64,000 nt of DNA from Cyanobacteriota bacterium (GCA_046045965.1 JBJOKS010000013.1:64001-128000); one strand, 5' to 3'. Positions 1 to 13,150 are shown, counted from the stretch's first letter. Numbers and translations are program-made. Notes: generated by a model not told the origin, from the sequence alone.

Positions 1-769
1 AACACATTTCCATAAATCTATTAATAATGTTGGTACTTATAACCGCAGAATTGCCAATCAAAACACCAACATTAAATTATATAGAATTGGTGAAAACTTC
101 ATAGATTCATTTGCTTCTTATCTCCGTTGGGATGATCGAGGACAAAGTTTTGCTTTTTGGAGATATGTACCATCTTGGAGTCAGACAGAAGATCAAGAAT
201 GGTTTGGTTTTCAGTTTAATTACATTATCGAAACCGATTTATCCCAATGTACTAAAAATCCCTCAAAATTACCAGCTATTCGCAGATTAACAGATGGCTT
301 ATTTCCACCTATTTTAAAAACCATATTTATTGATGCTCGCTGTGAACCGATGTCTATAGTGGAAGATGGAGAATTATTAACTATTTTGCAAACTCCATTT
401 AAAGACAGAAACAGTCCATACAAAGATTACAATATAGCCAAAGAACGTCTATTTGTTCTTGATGAATTTATTGATTCTCATCAATGGACTAATTTTTGTT
501 ATCGTGCTAGTCAATCAGCATTAAACCTGCTACATCAAAATCCAGATTTTCAACAAGCATCTGAATTAAGTGCTAAACGTGCCGAACAAAAACTTGGTAA
601 AAGATTAGAACAACTGCGGTTAAGAAACCAAAACAATAATCAAAATCCAGAAGAAATAATCACAGAAAAAGAATTAAATCAAGCCATAATTGCAGGAATT
701 AAAAAACCGCATATTCGGCTTGATTCTGTTGGGTTTATTGTAATTTCTGGACGCAATCTCAAGTTGTAA
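1..769 (+). CDS. dpdE: DpdE-like SNF2/helicase protein, C-terminal part (5' end outside window)
   Basis: Frame 2 is open from base 2 (THFHKS...YLRWDDRGQSFAFWR...) into the 350..769 ORF ending RLDSVGFIVISGRNLKL. It lies directly upstream of a dpdF-G-H-I-like run. Confidence 0.7.
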   Translation, partial: THFHKSINNVGTYNRRIANQNTNIKLYRIGENFIDSFASYLRWDDRGQSFAFWRYVPSWSQTEDQEWFGFQFNYIIETDLSQCTKNPSKLPAIRRLTDGLFPPILKTIFIDARCEPMSIVEDGELLTILQTPFKDRNSPYKDYNIAKERLFVLDEFIDSHQWTNFCYRASQSALNLLHQNPDFQQASELSAKRAEQKLGKRLEQLRLRNQNNNQNPEEIITEKELNQAIIAGIKKPHIRLDSVGFIVISGRNLKL

Positions 770-796
770 TTTCAGATTCAACTGTGGTACTGAACA

Positions 797-3286
797 ATGA
801 CAGAATCATTTATTAAAATGCGAGAAATTCTGAAAAATGCTAATATTCCTCAAGATGTAGATATTAGTAATTTTCCAGAACTTTGTTATCAACGGTTATT
901 TAATGCTCTAAAATCTACATCAGGAACAGGAGACATAGCGAGTTTAATCCGTCATATTTTGCGATTTGAAGATGAAAAACAAGGGGGAAATTCTCAAACA
1001 TTATTACAAATTCCTAAAAAACCTAACTTTCCCCAGCGAGAAATTTGGGAAGATTGCGGGATGAATATAGTACGGGAAAATGAAGATAATTATCTCATTA
1101 CTGCTAATTATTGGCAACCAAAATGGCTAGATAATACAGATAAATATCCCCCTGATAGACCATTATTTGCAGAATCACCACGTCGTAATTATCAACCTGT
1201 TAATGGTGATCCATTTTTAAAAAAATTACAGTTAAATCAATATCGCAGTATTGGACAAAGAGAAGCGATTAGAGCAATTTTAACAGCACCAGAAAAATCA
1301 ACTTTAATCATTAACTTACCTACAGGATCAGGTAAAAGTTTATGCGCTCACTTACCAGCTTTATTAACGGATCAAAATCATGGTGTAAGTATTGTAGTTG
1401 TTCCCACAGTTGCTTTAGCAATAGATCAAGAAAGAGCATTAAAACCGTTTATTGATCATCCTACAGCTTATTATAGTGATGATTCCGAACAAGGACAAAT
1501 CAGAAGACAAGAAATACGCAAACGGATTTTCCAAGGAACACAAAAAATAATTTTTACTTCACCTGAAAGTTTAATATATAGCCTTTCTAGTTCTATTTAT
1601 GCAGCCGCTAAACAAGGAAAATTAAAATATTTTGTCATAGATGAAGCGCACATCATTGAACAATGGGGTAATGAATTTCGTCCTGCGTTTCAACAACTAC
1701 CAGGTTTAATTAGAGATTTATTAAAACTTACATCATTTACCACATTATTACTAACTGCAACATTAACACGATCTTGTTTAGATACTTTAGAATCATTATT
1801 TGGCAATAATTTACAAAATAATCTACAAGTTATATCTGCTGTTCAACTACGTCCAGAACCAGCATTTTGGTTTAAATACTGTAAAAGTCAAGCGGAGAGA
1901 AAAGAAAGACTAATTGAAGCAGTATATCATTTACCAAAACCCCTAATTATTTATACTACAAAAATAGCTGATGTGAAATATTGGAAGCAAGAATTATATA
2001 ATGCTGGATTTAAACGTTTAGGAATAATGACTGGTGAATCTAGCAAAGAAAAACGTCATGAAATTTTAGAAAATTGGCAACAAAAAAACATAGATATAGT
2101 CATAGCAACTTCAGCATTTGGTTTAGGTGTAGATCAAAGTGATGTTCGTGCAGTTATTCATCTTTGTATTCCTGAAAATATCAACCGATTTTATCAAGAA
2201 GTTGGTAGAGGTGGAAGAGATGGAAATGCTTGTTTATCACTGACATTGTATACAGATGAAGATTTTGATATAGCAAAAAAATTAAATGATGATTCTCCTA
2301 TCACAATTGAAAGAGGTTATCAACGTTGGTACAATATGTTTACTCATAAAGAAATATTGAGTAACGGTAAATTTAGAGTTAATATCAATCTTCCTCCTTC
2401 TTGGGAAGAAAAAGATATTGACATGACTAGCGATGAAAATAGAGCTTGGAATTTGAGAACATTAACATTATTGCAACGATCGCAAATAATTGATATTGAG
2501 TCAGAATCTAACTTTAATCAAATCAATAATACCTGTTTAATTTCCATCAAAAATGAAGAACATTTAGATCAATATATTTGGGAAACTCAAATTGAACCAT
2601 TAAGAATACAGCGTCAAAAGTGGAGTTATCAAATCTACCAACTGATGGAAGAAGCTCTCAACCCTAAACGCTGTATTTCTGAAATATTCACCCAAGCTTA
2701 TAGCATTCCTGCGCGTCATGGTGCATACCCTAGAAAAGCGGTCAAAGTTGCTCCCGCTTGTGGGGGTTGTCCTGTATGTCGGCAAAATAATAGACAGCCT
2801 TTTCAGCAAATTATGCCTTCACCTAGTCCTGTTTGGAAAAAACCTAAATTTCAACTTGGTACTAAGTTACAAAATTTGTTGTTAGATGAAAAATTGTTAC
2901 TAATTTTTTATAAATCTTTAAGTCAAAATACGCACAAAAACCTAAATAGTGTATTAAAATGCTTTATAGAACAAGGTATTATAAATATCGTGATTTCACC
3001 AGAATTTACAGAAATATCACTGTACTGGCAGGAGATCACATCAATAGTATTTTTATGGGAAAAATATCAACCTTGGCAAATGCCACAAGTTCCTACATTA
3101 ATTTTTCATTCTCCAGGAGAAAAACCTGATATTTACTTAACTCAAAATAGCAAATTTACAGCACCAAGAATCATTTTACTACCTTTAGATACTCCAGATC
3201 CTAGTCGTATGGATAGAAATTTAATAGATATTTTCCCAGGAAGACAGTTGAAATTTGACGTTTTTTGTCAGGAGATTAATATATGA
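797..3286 (+). CDS. dpdF: DpdF-like RecQ-type DEAH helicase
   Basis: LPTGSGKS (motif I), DEAH, ATSAFGLGVD, QEVGRGGRDG, C-terminal CGGCPVC; operon context. Confidence 0.8.
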   Translation: MTESFIKMREILKNANIPQDVDISNFPELCYQRLFNALKSTSGTGDIASLIRHILRFEDEKQGGNSQTLLQIPKKPNFPQREIWEDCGMNIVRENEDNYLITANYWQPKWLDNTDKYPPDRPLFAESPRRNYQPVNGDPFLKKLQLNQYRSIGQREAIRAILTAPEKSTLIINLPTGSGKSLCAHLPALLTDQNHGVSIVVVPTVALAIDQERALKPFIDHPTAYYSDDSEQGQIRRQEIRKRIFQGTQKIIFTSPESLIYSLSSSIYAAAKQGKLKYFVIDEAHIIEQWGNEFRPAFQQLPGLIRDLLKLTSFTTLLLTATLTRSCLDTLESLFGNNLQNNLQVISAVQLRPEPAFWFKYCKSQAERKERLIEAVYHLPKPLIIYTTKIADVKYWKQELYNAGFKRLGIMTGESSKEKRHEILENWQQKNIDIVIATSAFGLGVDQSDVRAVIHLCIPENINRFYQEVGRGGRDGNACLSLTLYTDEDFDIAKKLNDDSPITIERGYQRWYNMFTHKEILSNGKFRVNINLPPSWEEKDIDMTSDENRAWNLRTLTLLQRSQIIDIESESNFNQINNTCLISIKNEEHLDQYIWETQIEPLRIQRQKWSYQIYQLMEEALNPKRCISEIFTQAYSIPARHGAYPRKAVKVAPACGGCPVCRQNNRQPFQQIMPSPSPVWKKPKFQLGTKLQNLLLDEKLLLIFYKSLSQNTHKNLNSVLKCFIEQGIINIVISPEFTEISLYWQEITSIVFLWEKYQPWQMPQVPTLIFHSPGEKPDIYLTQNSKFTAPRIILLPLDTPDPSRMDRNLIDIFPGRQLKFDVFCQEINI

Positions 3287-4173
3287 GTGTCTTAAAAACT
3301 GAAAAAGCTATACCTAGTCGTATTCAGGCAATATTTAAATATTTACTGCATCAAAAACAACAGAGGGAGAAAAGGGAGAATTTAGAAAAAATCCTTTCTC
3401 CTGATAAATTAGTCGAAGGAAAGTATAAACCTCGTCCCATGTTTACTGATTCCTTACAAGAAAGTATTAAATGTGGATTATTAATAAGAGATGAGGATGA
3501 AATTGCCATTAATCCTGAATTACCAGAAAATGCTAGAAGTCCTGTAAATGGTTATCAACTATTACCGGATACTTTAGCTCATTTATTATTGGAATCTAAT
3601 AATAAAGATGAAGAAGATTTTGGTATTGTTTGTGCTTGGTTTTTGGCACAAGATATATATGAATCCTCTGGAAAATGGAAAGAATTTCAATATATGGTGA
3701 CAGATCAGGGAGTTTCTGAATCATTAGACTTAAAAATGTCTAGTGGTACACTTGCTGGTCAAATGGATGACTGGATGTGTTATTTAGGTTTTGCTTGGGG
3801 TCATGCTTTAGGAGGAACAAGAATTATCGTACCCGATCCTACAGCATATCTTAAACGTAATCTCAAACACTTATTTAATCCAGAAGATAATTATAAAATT
3901 CCTATCCACAATTTTATAGATAGATTAGCGAAAAAATGTCCTTTGTTTGAAACCGGAAAATTTAGAGATATCATAGAAGACAATATTGGTTATCGGAAAC
4001 CCAATTATTTATCAACCAGTACCGCTTTTGCTTTATTTCGTCTGCAATATGAAGGTTATATTCAGCTTATTAGAGAATCAGATGCGGATTTAATTCTACT
4101 ACCAAAAGCAAATAATGAAATTGATGATAGTAGTAAAATTTCTCATATTGTTTGGAAAGGTGAAAAATCATGA
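3283..4173 (+). CDS. dpdG: DpdG-like protein
   Basis: 296 aa with ATGA overlaps to both neighbours; WMCYLGFAW, PDPT and STAFALFRL segments; position between dpdF-like and dpdH-like genes. Confidence 0.7.
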   Translation: MSVLKTEKAIPSRIQAIFKYLLHQKQQREKRENLEKILSPDKLVEGKYKPRPMFTDSLQESIKCGLLIRDEDEIAINPELPENARSPVNGYQLLPDTLAHLLLESNNKDEEDFGIVCAWFLAQDIYESSGKWKEFQYMVTDQGVSESLDLKMSSGTLAGQMDDWMCYLGFAWGHALGGTRIIVPDPTAYLKRNLKHLFNPEDNYKIPIHNFIDRLAKKCPLFETGKFRDIIEDNIGYRKPNYLSTSTAFALFRLQYEGYIQLIRESDADLILLPKANNEIDDSSKISHIVWKGEKS

Positions 4174-7100
4174 CTTTTACAAAATTCGTTTGTTGGAATT
4201 TAGCAAATGTCCGTCAAGTGATGGATGTGGAAGCAACACAACCACCAAATCACATCTTTTTAGCTACCCATTATCCTATTAAGATGTATCGCAAGGAATT
4301 AATTAAAGCAAATGTATCAGGAATACCTTATAATGAGGAACAATTTTTAAAAGACTTTCTTGCAGAAAAGGACTTTGCTTTTGTACCAGTTTTAGGAAAT
4401 TCTGGTACTGGAAAATCTCATTTAATTCGTTGGTTAGCTGCTAAAATTCCATCAACAAATAAAAGAAGAGTATTATTAATTCCTAAAATTGGTACTAATT
4501 TAAAAGATATCATTAATTTGATTCTCCAAGATATGCAGGGAGAAAAATTTGATGAATATCGTCAGCGTGTGAATAAAGCTACAAATACATTAACAGAAAC
4601 TCAAGCAAGAGTACAATTACTGAATCAACTCGCAGCAGCAGTAGGTGATCATGGTCAACGAGATAAAAGTCAGTTAACAGAAGAGGAAATTTATTTAATT
4701 GAAAATTTAGATTCTTTATTATATGATCCATTTTTTCGCGAGTATTGGTTAAAAGATGATAGTATTATTGACCGTTTGGTTATTCATATTTTAGGGAAAA
4801 ATAACCAAATAGAAATTATTGAAGAAAGAAGGAAGTTTTCTTTACAAGATTTACCGTTAAATGTTCTAAATTTACAAAAAGCTGGAGCTAAAGCACAGGA
4901 ATTTTATGGTTTTCTGATTAGTGATGATGATATACAAAAAGCAACTATAGATTGGTTAAATAAACATCTGGATACAGCTATTACACAAGTTTTAAATTTA
5001 GGTCGTGAAGACTTAAAAACGTTAATGCGAGACGTGCGAGAAACTTTAGCAGAACAAGGAATTGAATTAGTTTTATTGATAGAAGATTTTGCAAAATTAC
5101 AAGGTATTGACCGAGAAGTATTAGAAGCTGTTTTAGCTAAACCCCAACAACCAGGAAGTAAACCTTTATCTGCAATGAGAACAGCGTTAGCTTGTACAAC
5201 TGGTTATTTTAAAGATTTAGATACTGTGCAACAACGGTTTACTTTTAGTGTTGACTTAGATGTTAATTTAGACATTGAAAACAATGATGAACAATCTTTA
5301 ATTACTGATATTGATATTCAAAAATTTACAGCTAATTATCTCAATGCTGTACGTTTAGAAGATGGGGAGATTTTACATTCAATAAATTATCAAGAACCTC
5401 TCAAAAATGCTTGTGATGACTGTGAACATCGTACCCCCTGTCATGCTGGTTTTGGTGCTGTTAATAATGTGGGATTATATCCCTTTAATAGTATTGCTTT
5501 AAAACAGATGTTTACTAAAGTTAATCAGAAAGAATTTACTAAGGAAACTAATATTCGCTTTTTGTTTAATCCCCGCATTCTGATTAAAGATGTCCTCAAA
5601 TACACTTTAGAAAATGGATTAAATAATATTGAAAATGGTCGTTTTCCCTCCCCTGCGCTACAAACACATTTTGGAAGAATGCGATTAAGTGCCATCATAC
5701 AACAAGATATTGAAACTAAAGATCCGCAAAATTATAATCGTCGTTTAGTGCTTTTGGATTTGTGGGATAATGGTAATCAATTATGTGATTTACCTCCTGA
5801 ATTACACACAGCTTTTAATTTACCTCCTTTAGGATTAACAATTACACAAAATAAACAATCTGAGCAAAACAAATCTGTAGTTAAAGAATCAAAGCAAAAA
5901 TCAGAATATAAAACTAACTCTGAACCTCTTGTTACTGCTGTAGAAGTTCCAGAAATACCTAAACATTTATTAGAAAAACTGAAAGTTTTAGATAATTGGA
6001 ATAATCAAAATATTTTACCACAAGAAATAGGTGGTAATCTGCGTAAACCTATTTTTGATGCGATTATTAATCGTATACAGTGGGAAAATGAGATGTTACT
6101 AAGAACAACATTTGCTAGTAGTTCTAGCAAGTATTTTAAACAAGGAAATATAGAATTTGATAGTCCTAGAAAGACTAGAAGAAATATTTCTGGTGTCAAA
6201 TTAACACTTCCTCTTAACCCAGATGATCGTCAAGATTTCCGGGATACTGCTATAGCTTTTCAGGGAATTTTATTATTTGAACATTATCAAAGCTGGAATT
6301 TTAAAGATAGCGATCGCTATTTCCTTACCTACAGCAAACAACTAGAAAAATGGTGTCAATACATCTTAGAAGCAATTCGTCTTTATCCCCGTGAATCTGG
6401 AGAACTTTGGAATCCTGTACCCGCAGCAGTGGAATTATTAGCAATTACCGCTACTATGTCAGGAAATGATACTACTTCTATAGATAAATTGATCAATGCT
6501 TTGTTTCTGGAAATAGATGATAAGAATAACCTCTATCGTGCTGCTAGTTGGAAAAAATTATTTAATACACTGCAAAGATACCAAAGCGAATTATTAGCAA
6601 TTCTTACCAGTCGCATTGCTTGTACTAAAGGAAGTTCTAAAGACTTTCAAATTATTGATTCTACTCAAATTATTGAACCATTAACAAAAATCATCAAATC
6701 AGGAAAACCAGAAGCAGAAATTCCTAATGATTGCGAATATGATATTTTCGATCCAATATATAAAGCACGCAAGCAAGTAGATCAACTACTAGAAACAGCA
6801 ATTAATGAAGAAACTACAAGACAATTAGAGATTTACCAACTACTATTATCAGAACTGGGAGAAAATTTTAAGAAAAAAGATGTGATAGAAAAATTAAAAA
6901 CTGCCATAGCAAAAGCAAGAGAAGCGGCAGTATTTTGCGGTAAGAAAAAACCTGATGAAATTACAGAATTATTAGAACAGTTTCAGCGCAATCGGATTTC
7001 TAAATATATGGAATCTATGCAGCGTTTACAGTCTGAAAAAGAAAATCCAAATATCAATCAAGGAAAAATATTACAATATCTAGCTGAAGATTATCAAAAA

Positions 7101-7289
7101 GTGATGACAGATACACAGAATTTTATTGATCATAATAATAACTTTCTTGATGCGTCTTTAAATGAAGTACAACAAAATATCCAACAACTAGAAAATACTG
7201 ATGGTGTTACTGTAGAAAATACCTATGGAATCATCGAAAATGGTTTAACTAATCTCCGATCTTTAATTTTAGAACTAAAAGGATCATAA
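4170..7289 (+). CDS. dpdH: DpdH-like large P-loop ATPase
   Basis: Walker A GNSGTGKSH, Walker B LVLLIEDF, Cys cluster CDDCEHRTPCH, 1039 aa. Confidence 0.75.
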   Translation: MTFTKFVCWNLANVRQVMDVEATQPPNHIFLATHYPIKMYRKELIKANVSGIPYNEEQFLKDFLAEKDFAFVPVLGNSGTGKSHLIRWLAAKIPSTNKRRVLLIPKIGTNLKDIINLILQDMQGEKFDEYRQRVNKATNTLTETQARVQLLNQLAAAVGDHGQRDKSQLTEEEIYLIENLDSLLYDPFFREYWLKDDSIIDRLVIHILGKNNQIEIIEERRKFSLQDLPLNVLNLQKAGAKAQEFYGFLISDDDIQKATIDWLNKHLDTAITQVLNLGREDLKTLMRDVRETLAEQGIELVLLIEDFAKLQGIDREVLEAVLAKPQQPGSKPLSAMRTALACTTGYFKDLDTVQQRFTFSVDLDVNLDIENNDEQSLITDIDIQKFTANYLNAVRLEDGEILHSINYQEPLKNACDDCEHRTPCHAGFGAVNNVGLYPFNSIALKQMFTKVNQKEFTKETNIRFLFNPRILIKDVLKYTLENGLNNIENGRFPSPALQTHFGRMRLSAIIQQDIETKDPQNYNRRLVLLDLWDNGNQLCDLPPELHTAFNLPPLGLTITQNKQSEQNKSVVKESKQKSEYKTNSEPLVTAVEVPEIPKHLLEKLKVLDNWNNQNILPQEIGGNLRKPIFDAIINRIQWENEMLLRTTFASSSSKYFKQGNIEFDSPRKTRRNISGVKLTLPLNPDDRQDFRDTAIAFQGILLFEHYQSWNFKDSDRYFLTYSKQLEKWCQYILEAIRLYPRESGELWNPVPAAVELLAITATMSGNDTTSIDKLINALFLEIDDKNNLYRAASWKKLFNTLQRYQSELLAILTSRIACTKGSSKDFQIIDSTQIIEPLTKIIKSGKPEAEIPNDCEYDIFDPIYKARKQVDQLLETAINEETTRQLEIYQLLLSELGENFKKKDVIEKLKTAIAKAREAAVFCGKKKPDEITELLEQFQRNRISKYMESMQRLQSEKENPNINQGKILQYLAEDYQKVMTDTQNFIDHNNNFLDASLNEVQQNIQQLENTDGVTVENTYGIIENGLTNLRSLILELKGS

Positions 7290-7291
7290 AT

Positions 7292-8017
7292 ATGTTAGTC
7301 GAAAAAGCAGATGAATTAATTCAATTATCTCAACGTAAAATTAAACTCCAAGAATATGCAAAAAATCTAGAAGCTTTTCAAACAAGACAAGAGCAAATTA
7401 ATAAAATGAACAGCGAATTACAACCAATAGTTGACGCTGTAAATACTTTTCGAGAGCAGCAAATTAGTAATTTTACCTTAGATCCAACTTTACAACAAAA
7501 GTTAGATCAGCTTTTGAATGATATTATCCAAGCTGAGGATAACTTTAATGTAAATCATATTTGGATTATTGATAATGAGAATTTTAATGGCAAAAGTTTA
7601 ATCAGAAGAATAGATTTTTTAAAAGAACAATTAGAAAAACAACTAAAAGCAGCTTGGAAAAATTATTTAACCAAAAATATGCCTAGCACTGATGAAGAAA
7701 TGTTGAATTTATTATCAAAAGTACCAGCATTTAGCTATGATATTCAAACCATCAGACAGTTAGATAAACAAATTAAACAAGTAAATTATCCTCAAGATCA
7801 ATCTCAATTTGAATTTTTAGTGAATAAAATTGAAGATTTAAAAAAGCGTTGGAATAATCTTAGTGCTGATAATGTTCCAGAAAAAGTTGTACAGTTACTC
7901 CGAGCAGCAGCAAACCCAGGAGGAGCATCATTAAATATGTTGACTCCAGAAGTTTTAGAATGGGTAAATAGACATGGTATAGCTAGTTCATTAAGAATTA
8001 GATTAATCTCCCAATAA
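7292..8017 (+). CDS. dpdI: DpdI-like helical/coiled-coil protein
   Basis: 241 aa, starts 2 bp after dpdH stop; C-terminus GGASLNMLTPEVLEWV; assignment rests mainly on position. Confidence 0.6.
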   Translation: MLVEKADELIQLSQRKIKLQEYAKNLEAFQTRQEQINKMNSELQPIVDAVNTFREQQISNFTLDPTLQQKLDQLLNDIIQAEDNFNVNHIWIIDNENFNGKSLIRRIDFLKEQLEKQLKAAWKNYLTKNMPSTDEEMLNLLSKVPAFSYDIQTIRQLDKQIKQVNYPQDQSQFEFLVNKIEDLKKRWNNLSADNVPEKVVQLLRAAANPGGASLNMLTPEVLEWVNRHGIASSLRIRLISQ

Positions 8018-8156
8018 TACTAGTATCAATCTCCTAAAATCTTCTTTATAAAGGGGGACTAAATTACTTAAATTATCCATGTTTAAGTAAAGGATTTAGG
8101 GGTATCGAAAACTTTATGACACATCACCAACAAATCTTAAAATATCCTCTTAGATA

Positions 8157-8918
8157 TTAATCCAATAAATCTGGTTCTTTTCTTACAATCATCTCATACA
8201 AAGATTGAAAAGAAAACCAACCCAGTGCATGAGAACCAACCTGACCATAGGTAAAACGAGCCGTTTCTGAATCAATAATAACTGGTTTTCCTGCTGCTTC
8301 AGCCATCAATTGAGCTTGACAACAACGATCCATAGCAATAAACCACCATATAGTTTCATCTACTGTATGACCAACAGTTAATAAACCATGATTTCTTAAA
8401 ATAATTGCCTTTTTTTCTCCTAAAGTAGCCGCAATGCGATCGCCTTCCTTAGTCTCATACACCACCCCAGTATAGTCATCAAATAAAGCATGATCTTCAT
8501 AAAAAGCACAAGCATCTTGAGTTATCGGATCAAGCAACCGTCCCAAACTTGACCAACTTTTACCATAAAGTGAATGAGCATGAGCGGCCGCATTTACATC
8601 AGGTCTAGCTTGATGAATTCGGGAATGAATAGCAAAAGCTGCACCATTTACAGGTCTATTTCCTTGAACAACTTCACCTTGATCATTGACTAACAAAAGA
8701 TCAGATACGCGAATATGACCAAAATACATTCCTAATGGATTAACCCAAAAACAATCATCAAATTCAGGATCACGGACTGTAATATGTCCCGCTATTCCTT
8801 CATCAAAATTATAGCGAGCAAATAGGCGAAATGCAGCAGCTAACCGTTGTTTACGGTGTAGTCTTTCATCTTCTACACGCTCAAATTTAGGTGGGTTGGC
8901 AAAGTTCTCATTTGTCAT
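8157..8918 (-). CDS. Class II aldolase/adducin family protein
   Basis: EGIAGHITVRDP, FAIHSRIH, AHAHS, LRNHGLLTVG metal-binding motifs. Confidence 0.9.
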   Translation of the reverse strand: MTNENFANPPKFERVEDERLHRKQRLAAAFRLFARYNFDEGIAGHITVRDPEFDDCFWVNPLGMYFGHIRVSDLLLVNDQGEVVQGNRPVNGAAFAIHSRIHQARPDVNAAAHAHSLYGKSWSSLGRLLDPITQDACAFYEDHALFDDYTGVVYETKEGDRIAATLGEKKAIILRNHGLLTVGHTVDETIWWFIAMDRCCQAQLMAEAAGKPVIIDSETARFTYGQVGSHALGWFSFQSLYEMIVRKEPDLLD

Positions 8919-9071
8919 AGATTGAACTTTAGATTGATTTTTAACTACATCAATTGATTGTATAATAAAACATTAATTCCGTCATAGTAAATCAAACCAA
9001 ATTATTGACAGAGTTATCTATTGAGCAAGTTCAGGATTTACAAAAGGAAATTCAAGCATCTTAATTAATTT

Positions 9072-9101
9072 ACCCCGATTTCTTCAAGAGGTTGGGGATC
9101 T
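9072..9101. repeat. Dispersed palindromic repeat (AGATCCCCGACTTCT..AGAAGTCGGGGATCT family), copy 1
   Basis: accccgatttcttcaagaggttggggatct; related degenerate copies at 43600-43634, 44458-44491 and 56595-56628. Confidence 0.65.
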
Positions 9102-9142
9102 GCTTATTCACGCTGCATATTCCAGTTTAAATACTTAAATGA

Positions 9143-9940
<798 letters not shown>

Positions 9941-9943
9941 GGA

Positions 9944-10027
9944 GGCAGGAGGCAGGAGGCAGGAGGCAGGAGGCAGGAGGCAGGAGGCAGGAGGCAGGAG
10001 GCAGGAGGCAGGAGGCAGGAGGCAGGA
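9944..10027. repeat. STRR heptamer array (GGCAGGA)x12
   Basis: 12 perfect tandem copies right after the fabG stop. Confidence 0.95.
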
Positions 10028-10075
10028 GAAATGAAAATTGTAACTTTTGCCTTTTCCTATTCCCTATTCCCTGTT

Positions 10076-10124
10076 TTTTGACTTTTGACTTTTGACTTTT
10101 GACTTTTGACTTTTGACTTTTGAC
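10076..10124. repeat. STRR heptamer array (TTTTGAC)x7
   Basis: 7 perfect tandem copies, flanked by CCCTATT/CCCTGTT heptamers. Confidence 0.95.
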
Positions 10125-10156
10125 TTGATTTTTCCCTGTTCCCTGTTCCCTAACTC

Positions 10157-11236
10157 CTAATTATTCTTAATTCTTTGCAAAACCGTAAAACCCAAAAGCA
10201 AAATAATACTAGCAGCAGAAGCCAGTATCACAGGTAAAGTCATCCCTTGTATTGTCATTGCCAGCAAATTGAAAAACAAAGTAACTGACCACAGAGTAAA
10301 AGCCGCACGACGTTGGGAAAAACCCCAAGCCAGCAACCGGTGATGTAAGTGGTCTTTACCGGGGGTACTCAGAGGGTTTTTTCCCGCTAAAAGTCGCCTG
10401 ACAAACACCTGAGTGGTATCTAAAACTGGCAACATCAGAAATAAAACCGTTGGTATCAGGGCATAAACTGTACTTTGTTGCAATTTGCCTAAAATGCTAG
10501 TCGCAGCTAGTACATAGCCGAAAAAATAAGCTCCCGCATCACCCATAATGATCCGTGAAGGATAGAAATTATGGCGTAAAAAGCCCAGTGCTGCACCTCC
10601 CAAAGCAGCTAATACCAGAGTTGCTGCTGCCCGGTTATCAAACTGAGCAGAAACCCCCAACAAACTCATCGCCGTAATAAAACTGATCCCCCCTGCCAAA
10701 CCATCCATACCATCCATCAAATTGATAGCATTAGTAATACCAACTACCCACAACACAGTCAAAGCCATTGACAATAGAGAGTCAATAGGTGTACCAAAAG
10801 CAACATTAATACTAATGCCATTAGCCACCAGCAACAATGCCGTGATCATCTGCGCCCACAAACGCACAGAAGGAGGTAAACCAAATTGATCATCAATAAA
10901 GCCAACCAAGACCAGAATAGAACCCCCTAACAAAATCGTTAGTACCTGAGCTAATACGCCTTGGAGTTCAATTGGTCGTAAAAGACTAGCTAATACTAAA
11001 GCGGCAATAACACCGGCATAGATAGCCAAACCCCCCGCATTGGGTAAAGGTTCTCGGTTAAGTCGTCGGGCGTTCGGTTGGTCAGCCCAACCCACCCGCA
11101 GGGCAAATTGACGGATAGCGGGAATTAAACGCCAAGTGACAACCCAAGCCAAAATAAAAGTAAATACTACCGCCAACCAGCCGGTGCCGCTAGGGTTAGC
11201 AATACCAAGGGATCTAAGGGAGTTGTCTAAATTCAT
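10157..11236 (-). CDS. MraY/WecA-family polyprenyl-phosphate GlcNAc-1-P transferase (glycosyltransferase family 4)
   Basis: GFIDD, NAINLMDGMDGLA, IMGDAG and HLHH motifs; multiple TM helices; ATG at 11236. Confidence 0.9.
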   Translation of the reverse strand: MNLDNSLRSLGIANPSGTGWLAVVFTFILAWVVTWRLIPAIRQFALRVGWADQPNARRLNREPLPNAGGLAIYAGVIAALVLASLLRPIELQGVLAQVLTILLGGSILVLVGFIDDQFGLPPSVRLWAQMITALLLVANGISINVAFGTPIDSLLSMALTVLWVVGITNAINLMDGMDGLAGGISFITAMSLLGVSAQFDNRAAATLVLAALGGAALGFLRHNFYPSRIIMGDAGAYFFGYVLAATSILGKLQQSTVYALIPTVLFLMLPVLDTTQVFVRRLLAGKNPLSTPGKDHLHHRLLAWGFSQRRAAFTLWSVTLFFNLLAMTIQGMTLPVILASAASIILLLGFTVLQRIKNN

Positions 11237-11335
11237 CTCCCGATTCAACCATTACTGCTAGTTTCCAAAATAAGTATCAACTGTAATATTAATCAATTTT
11301 TTATGACTATTTGTTAAATTGAATAACTGAAGCAG

Positions 11336-13074
<1,739 letters not shown>

Positions 13075-13111
13075 TTACCGCTTTCCCTAATCAATAATTT
13101 TTAATTTTTTT

Positions 13112-13148
13112 ACAGTTTGTCTTGACAAAATCAGGCAAACTGTTTTTT
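13112..13148 (+). terminator. Intrinsic terminator of groEL
   Basis: acagtttgtcttga-caaaa-tcaggcaaactgt hairpin followed by a T run. Confidence 0.75.
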
Positions 13149-13150
13149 AT

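Noticed and set aside
9944..10150. Tandem repeats as a possible CRISPR array (also 35074-35219 and 55018-55050)
   Set aside because: These are 7-bp units without unique spacers, and no cas genes are in the window.
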